Notes: generated by a model from the letters alone, not told the origin. Positions 26,218-40,443 are shown, numbered from the stretch's first letter. The stretch: DNA of 64,000 nucleotides from Octopus sinensis (GCF_006345805.1 NC_042998.1:180110001-180174000); one strand, 5' to 3'. Program-made: numbers and translations.

Positions 26218-26675
26218 CGAACGGGTGCTTAAAAGTTCTTAGTTTTAAAGGTATCACGAAAGGCCTGGTTGGAGGCCCAAACTTCTGAATTCTTTTAAAA
26301 GACTTAGAAAAACTGAAGGACCGCTGCAATAAGTGTGTGAATCTGAGAGGGGAAATATGTTGAATAAAATCATAATTAACTGATCTTCCTGTGTTTTCTT
26401 TTACTCAAAGCCAGGAATTTCCAGCACCCCTCATACATACATACATACATACATATGAGGGGATGCTGAAAACATCCTGGCTTTAAGGCTGTCTTGAAAG
26501 GTCTGGCTGGAGATCCAGCCTTCCGAGCTCTTTTACAATGCTTAGAAAAACTGAAGGACCGCTGCAATAAGTGTGTGAATTTGAAAGGAGAATATGCTGA
26601 ATAAAATCATAATTAACTGATCTTCCTGTGTTTTCTTTTATCTGAAGCCAGGAACTTTTTTCAGCACCCGCCTCG
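26218..26675 (+). mobile_element. Two tandem ~215 bp mariner-derived MITEs (26218-26433, 26456-26675) separated by (TACA)n
   Basis: TIRs ta-cgagggg(g)tgctgaaaagttcctggc / gccaggaacttttcagcacccctcg-ta; internal gaccgctgcaataagtgtgtgaat (mariner C-terminus relic). Confidence 0.8.
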
Positions 26676-27813
26676 TATAATTTAACTCATCCTTTAACTC
26701 TTCCATTAATGGCTTCATTGTAAGCTTCTAAATAGTTGAGTCCTCTCTTGGTTTGTGAAGCTCAATTTCTGAAATCGGTGCTGAGGTGGTTAGTTATATA
26801 ACCAAATACATGAATAACCACTGTTATGAATCTACACATACACTTCAGAGGCAGTACCAGCAGGTTTTCCCTCAGATCGCTATAAATGTCTTCTTTTTCT
26901 TCAATGTTTAATGTTCTCTTAACGTGCACATTATGACTATGCATATTGTCTTTTCTGTCTCAGCTCATTACATCACGACTGCTGTGTTTACACTTTACAG
27001 AGATGTCGACAAAAGCAGTTATCCCGTATTCTTTTATCTTATTGTGTATTATACCCTGCAGACTATTCTCTATTCTTACATTTTGATTTTTAGGAGGTCT
27101 TCCTTTTTATGAAATGCATCGTTTAGTCCTTTGACTATTACAGCATATCTTATCGGTAAATATTGTCGAGATTAGATTTTCCAGCAGTTTCTTTGATGTG
27201 GGTGATACCTCCCTTATAACCGAGTGAGTTAGTTGCATAACCAAATGCTCCAATATTCTCATATATGTTTGTGCGTATGTGTGTATATATGTATGAATGA
27301 ATATCCCATCTCTGTTGTTTAGATATAATTTATCTACAAATTCCTAGAAGCATATGCAGTGAACTATTCATAGTCCTGTTACACAAATATGCGCATCTGC
27401 TCTAGCGCGTACGCACATATACATACACACATACACTTCCAGTTAAAACGTCCATCAAAGTTATTGTTCACGAATGCATGTAATAAATAAAATATGTGGA
27501 TAGCACTACATATTTATTCTTTGTCTCTGTTAACCATCTGACGCAGCATTTCAAAAAGACAAGGATGAAAACGTCAGCAACATTAGAGCTTACTTCCAGA
27601 ACACAAAACCGCAAATAGATAAAGCGAATTCGTGCGTCGGTGACAAGCGTCACTTATAGCACATTATACATACGAGCTTCTGAATATTTTTCAGTTTTTC
27701 TTTTGTCTGACAAAATTTTGTTCTCTAAATTGACCGAAGACTGGTGGGGACAGTTGTAACAGAAGTGACAAGGTAGGAAAAAACAACATACCCGAGGCTG
27801 GCAATTGTCAGAT

Positions 27814-27981
27814 ACCTATTTCTTTACTACCCACAAGGGGCTAAACACAGAGGGGAAAAACAAGGACAGGCAAACAGATTAAGTCGATTATATCGACCCC
27901 AGTTCGTAACTGGTACTTATCTAATCGACCCCGAAAGGATGAAAGGCAAAGTCGACCTCGGCGGAATTTGAACTCAGAACG
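27814..27981 (-). mobile_element. SINE family A, 5'-truncated
   Basis: Reverse complement of tail and central domain. Confidence 0.9.
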
Positions 27982-28789
27982 GCGAACAACTTATCTTTAA
28001 AAGGTTATGCTTTTAGCTAGATCTAGCTGCTAATACTAGCAAGTCGATCAAGCACGTATATTCTCTCTCAGTAGACCGTGGGGTAATGTTTGTGGCCTGT
28101 TGTGGTTAAAATATTTTCCTACAAGACGTTTGATACATATTTCTAGATGTGATCCAGGGATTGCTTCTGTATATTACAGCCCCACCGTCCCACATTATAC
28201 TAATGCAGTATACATTTTTCTCTTTTAGAGTGTAGGCATTATTTCGGAGCTGAAGCATTGTTTCGAAATTCAACCTTTATGACGCAGACTTGGTTATGTT
28301 ACAAATATGTGGTGAACTTGAAAGGGCATCAGACGCTGTGAGGCGTCGCGTTTTTGTAGAGAATTTTATGGTTTTATGAGCGTATTATGAATAATTCTTA
28401 TTTAATAACACGTATCATGGATGGAGAGAGCGAAAAAGTAAGAGTCAGAATAGAATCTAAGAGCGTGGAGAAACATGGCAATGGACCAGCTTCGAGGAAG
28501 AAGAGCAGATGATGTATTATGGTTGATCGTAGTGGAGAAGGTTATAGCTTCCGATCTTCAAGAACGACGCAGAAGTTGTATATTAAGATAAAGATTATTG
28601 CGCAAACTTGTGACGGAAGGAGGATAATTTTCTCGAGTAAATTTTAAATGAACACAATAACATAATTCTAAGGGAAATAAATAAATAAGAGATATAACGT
28701 TCAATATATTCCCATAACTTTGACGTTAACCCACTGTGGTGGAAACAAAACAGAGAGGAAAATATTTCAACCAGAGAGAGAGGGGGCAT

Positions 28790-28792
28790 ATG

Positions 28793-28828
<36 letters not shown>

Positions 28829-29016
28829 TGTATGTATGTATGTATGTATGTATATATATATATATGTATATATATATACATATACATGTATATATATACA
28901 TATATATATACATATATATATACATATATAAATATATATATATAAATACATACATATATAAATATATATATACACACATATATATATATATATATATATA
29001 CATACATATATATATC

Positions 29017-29068
<52 letters not shown>

Positions 29069-29090
29069 GAGAGAGAAGAGGCAGATAGAG
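28790..29090. repeat. (TATG)n/(TA)n/(GA)n compound microsatellite
   Basis: Direct inspection. Confidence 0.95.
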
Positions 29091-30065
29091 ATCAGGGGCG
29101 AGAGTTTAGATTTTATAACTCCAAGGAAAATTGATCTATAAACCGTAAAGCTGAAATTAAACATAAAGAAGAGAAATTAAAATAGCTGTCATTTTTGATG
29201 GTCCGGGTATAAAGAGAAAAGCAGAAGTGAATAATCAGTAGTGTGTATTTAATAAACAACAAATATGACTCGACGAAGATGCAATAGATTTCAATGATAT
29301 TTTCGAGTAATTAATTCCCCAAAAGTTAGATAAATAAGCAATTTTTACATAAGGTGAAATTTAATTTTAAGGGACATCATTGATCTTGAGTAAATCATAG
29401 TTTTCCTCTTCTACAATTCTGTACATTGATTGTTTTAAAAATATAAACCGTTGCATCTTACGACAAAATGGTGTCTTTCGATGATGTTGCTTTTGCTATC
29501 AAGAAAAATAAAACAAAAGAAAAGCGATGTACACAAAACTCTGTTGTGAAGTTTTGTTCTTCGATGCATCCACTGAAAGGATAGAATAATCTAGTGGAGC
29601 GAAAAATTAAAGTTATATAAATCGTTATCTTTACTTTCTCTTTCATTTCTTTTCTTTTCTTTTCTCCCTCATTTATAACTTACACTTAAAATCGAATGAA
29701 TTTGACTATCAAGTGCCTCAAAATTACATTTTGGAGAAAACTTCATTCTCGAAAACTATTCATAAAGAAAATAAAGAATTCCTTGTGGCAATTTATCTGG
29801 CTAGAATGTATTAAATTGCACGTGAGATGTCTCCGTTTTTCACAGCATAAGAAAAATGATTTTCTTTTATACTTTTCTTTCCTAGAAAATAAATAAAAAC
29901 AAAAAAATGAAAAGAGTATACTTGCTGAGTTTCTTTTATAAAACTGTCGAAGTTAACTGATCACATTTAAATTTAAATTTAATAGCTTCTGTATAAGTCT
30001 CTGTTAAATCACACACACACGCACACATATATATATACAACACACACACATACACACAGACACAG

Positions 30066-30116
<51 letters not shown>

Positions 30117-31017
30117 CTATCGTTGAGTTGCATTTGTGCATATATTATGCAACTATTTAAGTTTAATATCTTTTTCTGTTCGTCGTTTAATATCAGCCAT
30201 TGAATTTTAAATCTAACTGATTTATATTTTTTCTTCCTCCATTTTCTAATTTATAATCCTGCTGAGAGATGACCTTTTAAACAGGCACCTTTTGCGTTTA
30301 GTCAATTTTACCTGTTTGGAGACATTGCTTTTTATCAAAGTTATCACATATTATTGTAGAAGTGCCCTACAGTGTACTCACACATTTTAATTATATTCTA
30401 CCGCAATAGAAAATCTGAAAGTTTCTTAGTTCAAACTTCAACTCCTTTCCTTGTATTCAATCTGGCTCCTTGCCTAGTTTTACTTGTCATACACTTGTCA
30501 TAATCAACTGACAGCCGTACCTGTAAAAGGTAAAGCCCGGCAAACAGCCAAATTGAATTCAAGATCAGTTGAAGTTTGAATTGACAATCGAAATATTTCA
30601 GATTTTCTATTTAGCCAAGCTTTAATTAAGTGGTGTTAGAATCAGCTTCGATACTTAGTTTAGTCGATAAAGTCAATTAACATTGAAATCCGTTTACATG
30701 GAAAGGTTTAATTACTTTCCTCTGGACTAACCTTATCGATTTTTAATATGCTGAGTTGAAATCTACTTGTAAAGAATTATCGAATTGGGTCAGAGTATTC
30801 TACATAAGAAAATATACATTAGTAAAATTTTATATTTGTCGCGTCAACTTTGCAGGTGACCAAATATGACTGAAGAAAAATCTCAGATATGAAAAATTGC
30901 CTGAAAATATCCACGAGGACTGTTAGATATAAAGCAGAAACAAGAAATTCAGAAGAGCTAAAGTTATCGGAAAAACTCAACCCCCTAGTAATTTTTTTCT
31001 CCCGTTCTCTCTCTCTT

Positions 31018-31076
<59 letters not shown>

Positions 31077-31085
31077 TTCTTTCTC

Positions 31086-31120
<35 letters not shown>

Positions 31121-31152
31121 TCGGTCTCTCTCCATATTTTCCTCTCTCATCC

Positions 31153-31188
31153 CTTTCTGATGAAGAGCGTAGGCTCCAAACGTCAAAG
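31153..31188 (+). ncRNA. Minimal hammerhead-like motif, single core lesion G12>C, in mini-PLE 31120-31270
   Basis: cttt|CTGATGA|A|gagc-gtag-gctc|CAAAC GTC|aaag. Confidence 0.8.
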
Positions 31189-31269
31189 ATTATTCCATTC
31201 TTCCCGAGCATCACACTAATAAATCTTCTTGTTGTTCCCTCAGCTGTCTTCGTCATTTGTTTCCTGTAG

Positions 31270-31314
<45 letters not shown>

Positions 31315-31367
31315 TATATATATATATATATACATAGATATATATATGGGTAGTAGGTATTAAAGTG

Positions 31368-31399
<32 letters not shown>

Positions 31400-31619
31400 G
31401 ATATATAAAGAGGGCGTGCTGGCAGAGTCGTTAGCACGCCACCAGGGCAAAACGTTTTGCAGCATTCCAACCGTCTTTACGATCTAAGTTCAAATACTGC
31501 CGGGATCGATTATGACTTTCGTCCTTTCAGGGTCGATAAAATAAGTACAAGTGAACACTGGGGTCGATTTCATCGACTAACTTTCGTTCTCAAAATGTAT
31601 GTATGTACGTATGTATGTA

Positions 31620-31781
31620 TGCGCAGCCATAGCTGTGTGCTAAGAAGTTTGTTTCCCAACCACATGTTCCCGAGTTCAGTCCCACTTTACGGCACTTTGG
31701 GCAAGTCTCTTCAATTATAGCCTCGGGCCGGTCACAGCCTTGTGAGTGGATTAGGTAGACAGAAACTGAAAGGGATCCGTC

Positions 31782-31854
<73 letters not shown>

Positions 31855-32090
31855 TGTATATATATTTATATACATATAAATGTGTGTGTCTATGTGCGTG
31901 TGTTATTGCCTGCATTGTCTCCCACCAGCGCTTAATGACTTTACGTCCCAGTAACTTAGCAGTTCGGCAAAACAGACAGAATAAGTACCAGAATTTAAAA
32001 AGAGATTACTTATGTTGATTCGTGCGATTAAAACACTTTAATGCTGTGCCCCAGAATGGCCGCAGACTAAAGGAAGTAACAGGTAAAAGA
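31620..32090 (+). mobile_element. tRNA-SINE family B with expanded internal (TA)n
   Basis: Head gcgcag...gctgtgtg-taagaagtttg..ccaaccacatg; degenerate tail. Confidence 0.8.
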
Positions 32091-33265
32091 TGCCATCGTA
32101 GAGATTAAGAATATTCTTTTTTTTTGGTCAAGTCAGTCTTTTGCTATTCTCAGTTTCGCCTCAGGGCACCCAATCCTAACTTGCCTGAAGGTTATGTGCA
32201 TCCACAGCCGAAACTAAGAGTAATAAGAGACTGTTTTGATCGAAATAAAAATACTACTCTCACACGCGCGTGCACACACACACACACACACACACACATG
32301 ATTGCATTATCTAATCTGCTTGTCTTTCTAAGGTGGTTAATTGAGGAAGAATTTTATTGCTTTTTCTAGCATGTTAGTTGACCATCATATAGAAGCTTCC
32401 TTGATGGCTCTCATATGTTCTTCTGTTAGAACTTTAATATCAGGACTTAGAAAGAAGACAAGACAAACGATTTACTTCTGTTTAGAATTTTTGCTGTGTA
32501 AAACACTTATTAAAAGCATAAGACAGCTGGCGACTGATAGGATAGAAAGATAAAACTGTTTGTGAATGATACCCATGAAGAGAACAGTCTGCAGAAGAAT
32601 ATGGAAATATTTTTAGAATTTGCCTTTTCACGAAACTGCAAACAAAACAAAAAAAAAGAGTAAGAAAAAAAAAATGAGTGTTGCAGAAATAAAGCATTCT
32701 TACACAAACGGAATTTTTATCCTTAAACAAACAACTGATGAAGGCGAACACCAGTCTTGATTATACAAAAACAACACATCAACCGTTTCAGCTGTGACAC
32801 ATACAAACAATCAAAGCGAATGTAGCAACCAGCCAAAAACCAACAACTTACGCACATCATAGGAAATTACGAAACCAGGAAGACACGATGAGTACCAGCT
32901 CAAAACTAGGGGCATATGAAAGCTTTAGAAATATAATATACATTCCTTAGAAACTGGGTAAACAATATTATCGGTTGTTTGACTTTTCTTTTTGTTTTTC
33001 CATTTAGCATCTAACAAAATTATGTCTATCAAGCCAAAAACAAAAGCAAGGAAGTTACCACCAGAGTTGAGAGTCGACGCCATGCTTTTCAAATGTGAGG
33101 ATATTTAAACATTGACGCACAGGCATTATGGTAGCTGATTTTATTGGATGTTACTTAAAAGCGTTTCATAAATGTCCATGTAAAGAAACAATCAACCATT
33201 GTTGATGATTGACGTATGGCGAGTTCGTTTCACAGCTCGTTCGCCTGAAATATGAAACATGACTT

Positions 33266-34134
33266 CGAGGTCTGATCAATAAGTATCCGGCCTGTTGCTG
33301 TAGTAACGAAGCTAAAGCATGCGGAGTAAAGCCGCTTGGTACAGATTGAACTAGCACTCTGTTGTGCAAGTGCGCTAAGTTTCAACATTCTAGCTCACTG
33401 TCGCTGTTTACAGCAGTGATAGGAAGGAACGTGTGTAGTATGTGATCGTCGCCTTGACCATGACACTGAATGTTGTCATGGCAAAACCTGCTCAGAAGTC
33501 TACGCAAAGTTGCAGAAAGTGTATGGAGAGGAGTGTATGAGCTGCACAGAAGTGTACGAGCAGTTCAGACGTTTCCAAGATGGCCAGAAAATGTCGATAT
33601 TGACGAACGTTTCGGGAGACCCGCAACCAGCAGAACTGAGAAAAACATGTGCATGCATCTGTGAGGGGAAATCGTCGAATCACAATCCGTGAGTTATCAG
33701 AGAACATGCAGATTAGTTACGATTCAGTTCAGTCCATTATCACTGAAGATTTCGATATGAGACGCGTAGCTACCAAGTTTGTGCTAAAATTGCTTTCAGC
33801 TGGCCAAAAAGATACTTGGGTTTCAATTGCACAAGATCTTGATTGTGTCGAGAACGATTAAAAAAATTTTGAAAACTTTGCGTAGGCCTCTGAGCAGGTA
33901 CCGCCAAGCTTTTGTCAAAATTTGATTTAGATTGTGCTCAACTTCCTCTGTCATGATCAATACAACGAACACACTTCTATGCACTGATGTAAACAGCGGA
34001 AGTGAACTAGAACGTTAAAACTTAGTGCGCATGTACAGCAGAGTTGACGATCAATCTGTGACAAGCGGGTTCACTCAGTGTGCTTAAACTCCGTTACTAT
34101 GGCAGCAGTCCGGATACTTATCGATCAGACCACG
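33266..34134 (+). mobile_element. Non-autonomous mariner with ~155 bp imperfect TIRs and the N-terminal (HTH) part of the transposase
   Basis: cgaggtctgatcaataagtatccgg / ccggatacttatcgatcagaccacg; translated GKTCSEVYAKLQKVYGEECMS..VYEQFRRFQDG, DDE.SGRP-like and RRVATKFVLKLL (WVPxxL region). Confidence 0.85.
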
Positions 34135-34600
34135 TCTGTATGTGTGGATGCACGTTTGTTATCCAAAGGAATAAATGAAATAATCTTTGCCTTTTATTTA
34201 TTCCTGAGTCAATACGAATTCCGAATAATTTAATACTGTTGATTGAATCCGTAATACACGTTGCAAAATCCAACGTACACTTATGTAATGATTCAAAGCA
34301 TACGTAGATATTCATTATGTAGATGCTTATGTATGTGTGAATAAGCGTATGAATCTATTGAGATTCAATAATTCGGGCAACGTATTATCCGTTACACTGT
34401 TCACATTATATGTTCACGTTTAAAATATCCTCTACAAAGATCCTGTATAAAGAAGCTGTTATTAAGCAATACTTTCTTATTTGAGCTAAGTCAAAAATGC
34501 AATTCCGATAATAAATTGAACTAGATTTTATTTCTATTGGGATCATAGGGTTTTTACACTCAAGCACACAGACGTACACATATATGCGCCGAAATGACGG

Positions 34601-34681
<81 letters not shown>

Positions 34682-34960
34682 GTGTGTGTGTGTGGTGTAG
34701 GGTATGAGAGGTATTGGTGTCAAGAAGAACCAAGGGTGTCAGGTAATGCTGAGCAAGTGCTATGGACAGACTATAGTAAGCTCCAGGTTCGATAATGATG
34801 CGTATGAGGAGTCCAACGTTGGTCGTGTATTAGCATGTATATATATATATAAAAATTAATAGATTGCGATAAAAATTCCAAGGATATGAATAGTTTTCAG
34901 AACATGTATAAATGTTCTGAAATCTATTCACACACTTGGATCTTTTATCTCATTCTGTTA

Positions 34961-34997
<37 letters not shown>

Positions 34998-35006
34998 CAT
35001 ACACGA

Positions 35007-35037
<31 letters not shown>

Positions 35038-35066
35038 TGTGTGTGCGTGTGTGTGTGTGTGTGTGT

Positions 35067-35410
35067 GAAGGCGCATGGCTCAGAGGTTAGACCATGGGGC
35101 TCACACTCATGAGGTAGTGAATTTGATTCCACGACCCGGCTATGTGTTGTGTTCTTGAGCAAGGCACTTTATTTCACGTTGCTCCAGTTCACTCAGCTGT
35201 AGAAATGAGTTGCAACGGCATTGGCACCAAGCTATATCGGCTTTTTGTCTTTCCCTAGGATAACATCAGTGGTATGGAGAGGGGAGCCTGGTATGCATTG
35301 GCGACTGCTGGTCTTCCATAAACAGCCTTGCCCGGACTTGTGCCTTGGAGGGGAACTTTATAGTTGCAATCTCATGCTCATTCCTGACCGAAGTGGGTCT
35401 TTGCCCTTTA
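35067..35410 (+). mobile_element. tRNA-derived SINE family C, full length
   Basis: gaaggcgcatggctcagaggttag A box; tttgattccac B-box-like; body shared with 7192-7520. Confidence 0.9.
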
Positions 35411-35413
35411 TAA

Positions 35414-35455
<42 letters not shown>

Positions 35456-35669
35456 GAATCCTAGCTGGTGGGGGTGTTAGCCTCCCCTTCGCAAATATAA
35501 GGACACAAGTAATGTGTCAAAGCCGACAGGAAGCGTTGATGCTTCCTAGGGCTAAATTGCGGTAGTGTAATTCCCTTACGGGACTGTCACGTTAGGTTGA
35601 CAGTATACGACCACTCTCTCTCTATATATATATGTGATATATATATATCATATATATATATATATATAT

Positions 35670-35694
35670 ATAGATAGATAGATATAGATAGATG

Positions 35695-35790
<96 letters not shown>

Positions 35791-35792
35791 TA
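35670..35792. repeat. (GATA)n microsatellite
   Basis: Direct inspection. Confidence 0.97.
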
Positions 35793-36209
35793 CTACTGGA
35801 TTAATTGTTCCACCAGTGTTCCTGCAGAAAATTTTGATATAGAATGCTTATTTGTATACGAACAATGCCATTACATTTGTGATAATAATAAAGGTGACAC
35901 GCCTAATGACCCATGCCAGGGAGTATTTTGGACTACAAATAAAATTCTCTGGACCATCTATTTATTATATATATTGTTCTTTTTCTTTTGTTTTATAATA
36001 TGTGAGTAATTAGAAAATTCATTGTTGATATTTATACGAAATAAATATTTAAGGAAGGAATACTAATGAAATGCAAGTGCTTGATATGTATGGAATTTGT
36101 CCGCCTAAGTACGCTCGGATATGAACCAATTTGATTATTTTCCGCTACTTAGATTTGTGGGAAATTTTAATATATAATAAACTCGGTCATCCTGCACTTA
36201 ATGGTTAAC

Positions 36210-36653
36210 TCTTTACTCTTTGCTCTTTTACTTGGTTCAGTCATTTGACTGCGGCCATGCTGGAGCACCGCCTTTAGTCGAGCAAATCGACCCCAGGACT
36301 TATTCTTTGTAAGCCTAGTAATTACTTATTCTATTGGTTTCTTTTGCCGAACCGCTAAGTTACGGGGACGTAAACACACCAGCATCGGTTGTCAACGAGC
36401 TGGTAGAAACGTTAGCACACCGGGCGAAATACTTACCGGTATTTCGTCTGCCGTGACATTCTGAGTTCAAATTCCGCCGAGGTCGACTTTGCCTTTCATC
36501 CTTTCGGGGTCGATAAATTAAGTACCAGTTACGCACTGGGGTCGATGTAATCGACTTAATCTCCTTGTCTGTCCTCTCTGTGTTTAGCCCCTTGTGGGTA
36601 GTAAAGAAATAGGTTGTCAAGCGATGTTGGGGGCGGGGGCAAACGCAGACACA

Positions 36654-36701
<48 letters not shown>

Positions 36702-36864
36702 CGACTGCTTTATTTCAGTTTCCGTCTGCCTAATCCACTCACAAGACATTAATCGACCCGAGGCTATAGTAGAAGACACTTGCCCAAGGTGCCACGTAGT
36801 GGGACTGAACCCGGAACCACGTGGTTCGTAAGCAAGCTTCTTACCGTACAGCCACTCCTACGCC
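36210..36864 (-). mobile_element. tRNA-SINE family B (-) interrupted by a family A SINE (+, 36396-36611) with TSD ggttgtcaa
   Basis: ggttgtcaa at 36387-36395 and 36612-36620; the host sequence is continuous once the insert is removed. Confidence 0.92.
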
Positions 36865-37789
36865 TATTGAAAAGATTTATTACAACTTGTGGCTTGTATA
36901 TTTTATCACACGAATTTACCAGACTATCACCTAAGTCTACCAGTAAATATATTCTTCTTGCCTTACCTTGCAAATTTCACTAACTGCAATATCATAGCAT
37001 ATCTTCTCTAGAAATTTAAAGTTATACTACTCCTTACTTTTTGTTGTTGTTTTATTTATTTAGTCCTTGGTAATCGCCTCATCGAGAACACCTATCGACA
37101 CATGAATTTCAGCTCCAATAATCTCGTCTTTTTGTTATATATATCTAGACCCGTGTTGTCTAATCAGAGCTTCCTTTTCAAGATAGAAGAGTGACATGTA
37201 AGGAAGATTTTGCAGCCATTTCTAGTTGATTGAGCAATTATTGCGTAGATATTTCTTTGTTATAGGAATCAAGTTATTTTGATTTCAAACTGAACATCGA
37301 CTCCACGACCTTTCAAATACTGGAAGACCAGCAAAGATCAACGGTGTCACACTCCTCCGTGAGCTAGATGATAAGACACAGAGACTACTACATCATAAAC
37401 AAAATGCGAAAAAGAGAGATATAGAGAGAAGCCAGAAAGAAAAACAGTAAAAAGAAAGAAAAAGAAAAGAAAGAAGCGGGGGAGGAAAATGGGGTCCTGC
37501 AATGAAACATTTTGCAATTTTGCTACGAGTATTTTGCTTTGTATTTCAAATTTCTTTAATGTATAATCTGAGAAACAGACCATAGTTTTACTTCAAAGCC
37601 GCCAATCTACCAATAAAAACAGTAATTACATTCGCCATATTTTTCTTTCCTTTTGGTTTTCATTCTTTCTTCCTTTCTTTCCTTTTTCTTTCTTTCTTTC
37701 TTTTCTCTTTCGTTCATTATTTCTACAAATGTTTTTTTCCGCATTATTTACAGGAATTGTTGAAGGGAAAAATTATCTCTGATCTTTTT

Positions 37790-37837
<48 letters not shown>

Positions 37838-38814
37838 TATTATTATCATCACACTCATCATCATCATTATTGTTGTTGTTGCTGTTATTTTTGTTGTCGT
37901 TGTTATTATTATTGTTGTTGTTGTTGTTAACTCATTAGCATCTTATCGGAAGCATTTGTTGCTAATTATGAAAATATTTCCCATCGATTGAAAGATGTTT
38001 TTGTTTCACTTTTATCATTATATATTTTCACATCTGCTACTTACAGGAAGTGCTTTAAACTTAATATCTTAACATTGTTTCTTGTAGAAGTCAATGAAAT
38101 GATTCAGGACATTCAGTCACTTCACACGACTCGAAAATTACCAGGGATATTTCCTCGACAGTGTATCAAAACTTAGCCACTATAACGGCTTTTCAGAATA
38201 TAACTATTTATTCAACACTGCATTCCTCCGGTAGCATTATAACAAACATAAGAACTAGTTCACCCTTCAAAAATGTACAATAATGCCTCGATATATGAGT
38301 TAATTTGTTCCCGTAGATAGCTCGTAAAGCGAAAACTCGTAAAGCAGAATAATAATTTCCTATGGCAGCAATGAAATTTTATGCCGTCATTTTATGGCAG
38401 AACCAGTGTTGCTACAAGTACTGACTGTGACAAAATGGCTGTTTAACTTTCTAATATTTATTATAAAATAAAACTCGTCAACCCGGGGGTCTCGTAAAAT
38501 GGGCCCTTTTAAAGTGAGGTATACATCAGTATGATATTATAAAGATTTCGCCCAACTGAGTTGGGCCTCCCTCTTTCCTCTTCTTTTTATCTCTCTACCC
38601 CTCTCTTTCTCTCTCTCTCTCTCTCCCCTAGCTCTCTCTCTCTATCAGCTACAGTAGTTTTATTATTTTAGTAAGAATAGTACTGCAAGTGACTTCAAAG
38701 TTTCGGCCAGCCGATGGCTTAGCTAACCGATACTTCGAGGTTACAATCAATACTATTTTTGTTAAAAGATACTGAACTTGTACTGTAACAAATTTATTGA
38801 GGAATCCTTTTCTT

Positions 38815-39010
38815 TTTTGGCAGAATCGTATCACGCCGGGGAAAATGCTTAGCGGCATTTCGTCCGTCCTTACGCTCTGAGTTCAAATTCGGCCACGATT
38901 TACTTTGCCTTTCATCCTTTCGGGAACGATAAAATGAGTACCATTTGAGTACTGGTGTCGATGTAATCGACTATACTCCCCCAAATTTCAAGTCTTGTGC
39001 CTATTGTAGC
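38815..39010 (+). mobile_element. Older short-tail SINE related to family A
   Basis: Head and central domain. Confidence 0.7.
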
Positions 39011-39399
39011 AAAATACTCGTAGCAAATTATAATATAAAAACAAACATTGGTATATGTATGTATGCATGTATATGTGTCTGTCTGTATGTGTGTGTATGT
39101 ATGTGAGTATGTATGTATATGCATACATGTATATCATGTGTGTATGGTCAGATGCACGAACACTACTGTATGGGTTAGAGCTCCAGGTAGATTATCATCA
39201 TGCATCTCGCTTTGTATAGAGGTTAGTCTACCACTGTACTTAGCAACGTTAGTAGGTATGATGTACAGAATATAGGTAAGAGGAAATTAAGATAAAGACT
39301 TCCTATCAATTATTAGTTCCTACGTACGTTTCACGATTAGAAGTGTTTAGAACTCAGTATCGAATGAGATCTAGTATTGATTTCAAATTTTGTTAAGAG

Positions 39400-39630
39400 A
39401 CCTATTTCTTTATTACCCACAAGGGGCTAAACACAGACGGGACAAACAAGGACAGACATAGGTATTAAGTCGATTACATCGACCCCAGTGCGTAACTGGT
39501 ATTTAATTTATCGACCCCGAAAGGATGAAAGGCAAAGTCGACCTCGGCGGAATTTGAACTCACAACGTTACGCAGACGAAATACCGCTAAGCATTTCGCC
39601 CGGCGTGCTAACGTTTCTGCCAGCTCGCCG
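39400..39630 (-). mobile_element. SINE family A, full length
   Basis: Near-consensus reverse-complement copy. Confidence 0.92.
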
Positions 39631-39775
39631 AATTTCATGGGAGAGGTTAAGTCGATTACATTGACACTCTCTTAGGACGATATCTAATATGACAGAAGGT
39701 ATCAGGCGGCAAGCTAGTAGTATCGTTAGCACGCTGGGCAGAATGCTTACAATATTTCACCCGTCTTTACCTTCT

Positions 39776-40383
39776 TAGGACTACTGCTCCCAACTATGGT
39801 CACCACACAATATAAAATTCTCGGCGGAACTCGAAGCAATCCAACGAAGTTAAACTAAGAAAATTGTATCAATGCAACGTATCAGCTGCTGGGAAAGACT
39901 GAAAGAATTAAAACTCCTCTCTCTAGAACGAAGGCGGGAAAGATATGCAGTGATATATATCTGAAAAATCCTGGAAGGCCTTGGAGCAAACTTTGGCACT
40001 GAAATTTACTCAAACTGCAGAACGGGGCGCCACTGCATAGTGCCAAAGATCCCAGCATCGCTACAAAAATACAGGACCAGATACTGCAACAGCTTGGGTT
40101 TCAAGGGCTCACAGCTCTTCAGTATCCTTCCAAAGTGCCTGAGAGACCTGCTATAGTGTGGATGTAGGTGCCTTTAAAACACAACTGGATCTCCTCCTGT
40201 CAAGAGTTCCAGACGAGCCTACCTCGCGGCAGAAAACATATGAAGGCAGCGGCAACAAACTACCTCATTGACCAAATGCCACATAGAGGAAGTTTCAAAT
40301 AAGGGTGTAACTCAGTGTAATTCAACGGTGGTGCCCCAGTGTGACTATAACTTTGAGCTGAAACATTTTAAAGATTTAAAGAT
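39776..40383 (+). mobile_element. 3' fragment of a CR1/L2-group LINE (RT C-terminus, 3' UTR and tail)
   Basis: Translates DYCSQLWS..LEAIQR..WERLKELKLLSLERRRERY..; tail ggtggtgccccag...gagctgaaac then (tttaaaga)x2. Confidence 0.85.
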
Positions 40384-40443
40384 CTCTCTCACCCTCTCAC
40401 TCCCTCCATCCCCCCTCTCTCTCCCTATATATATATATATATA

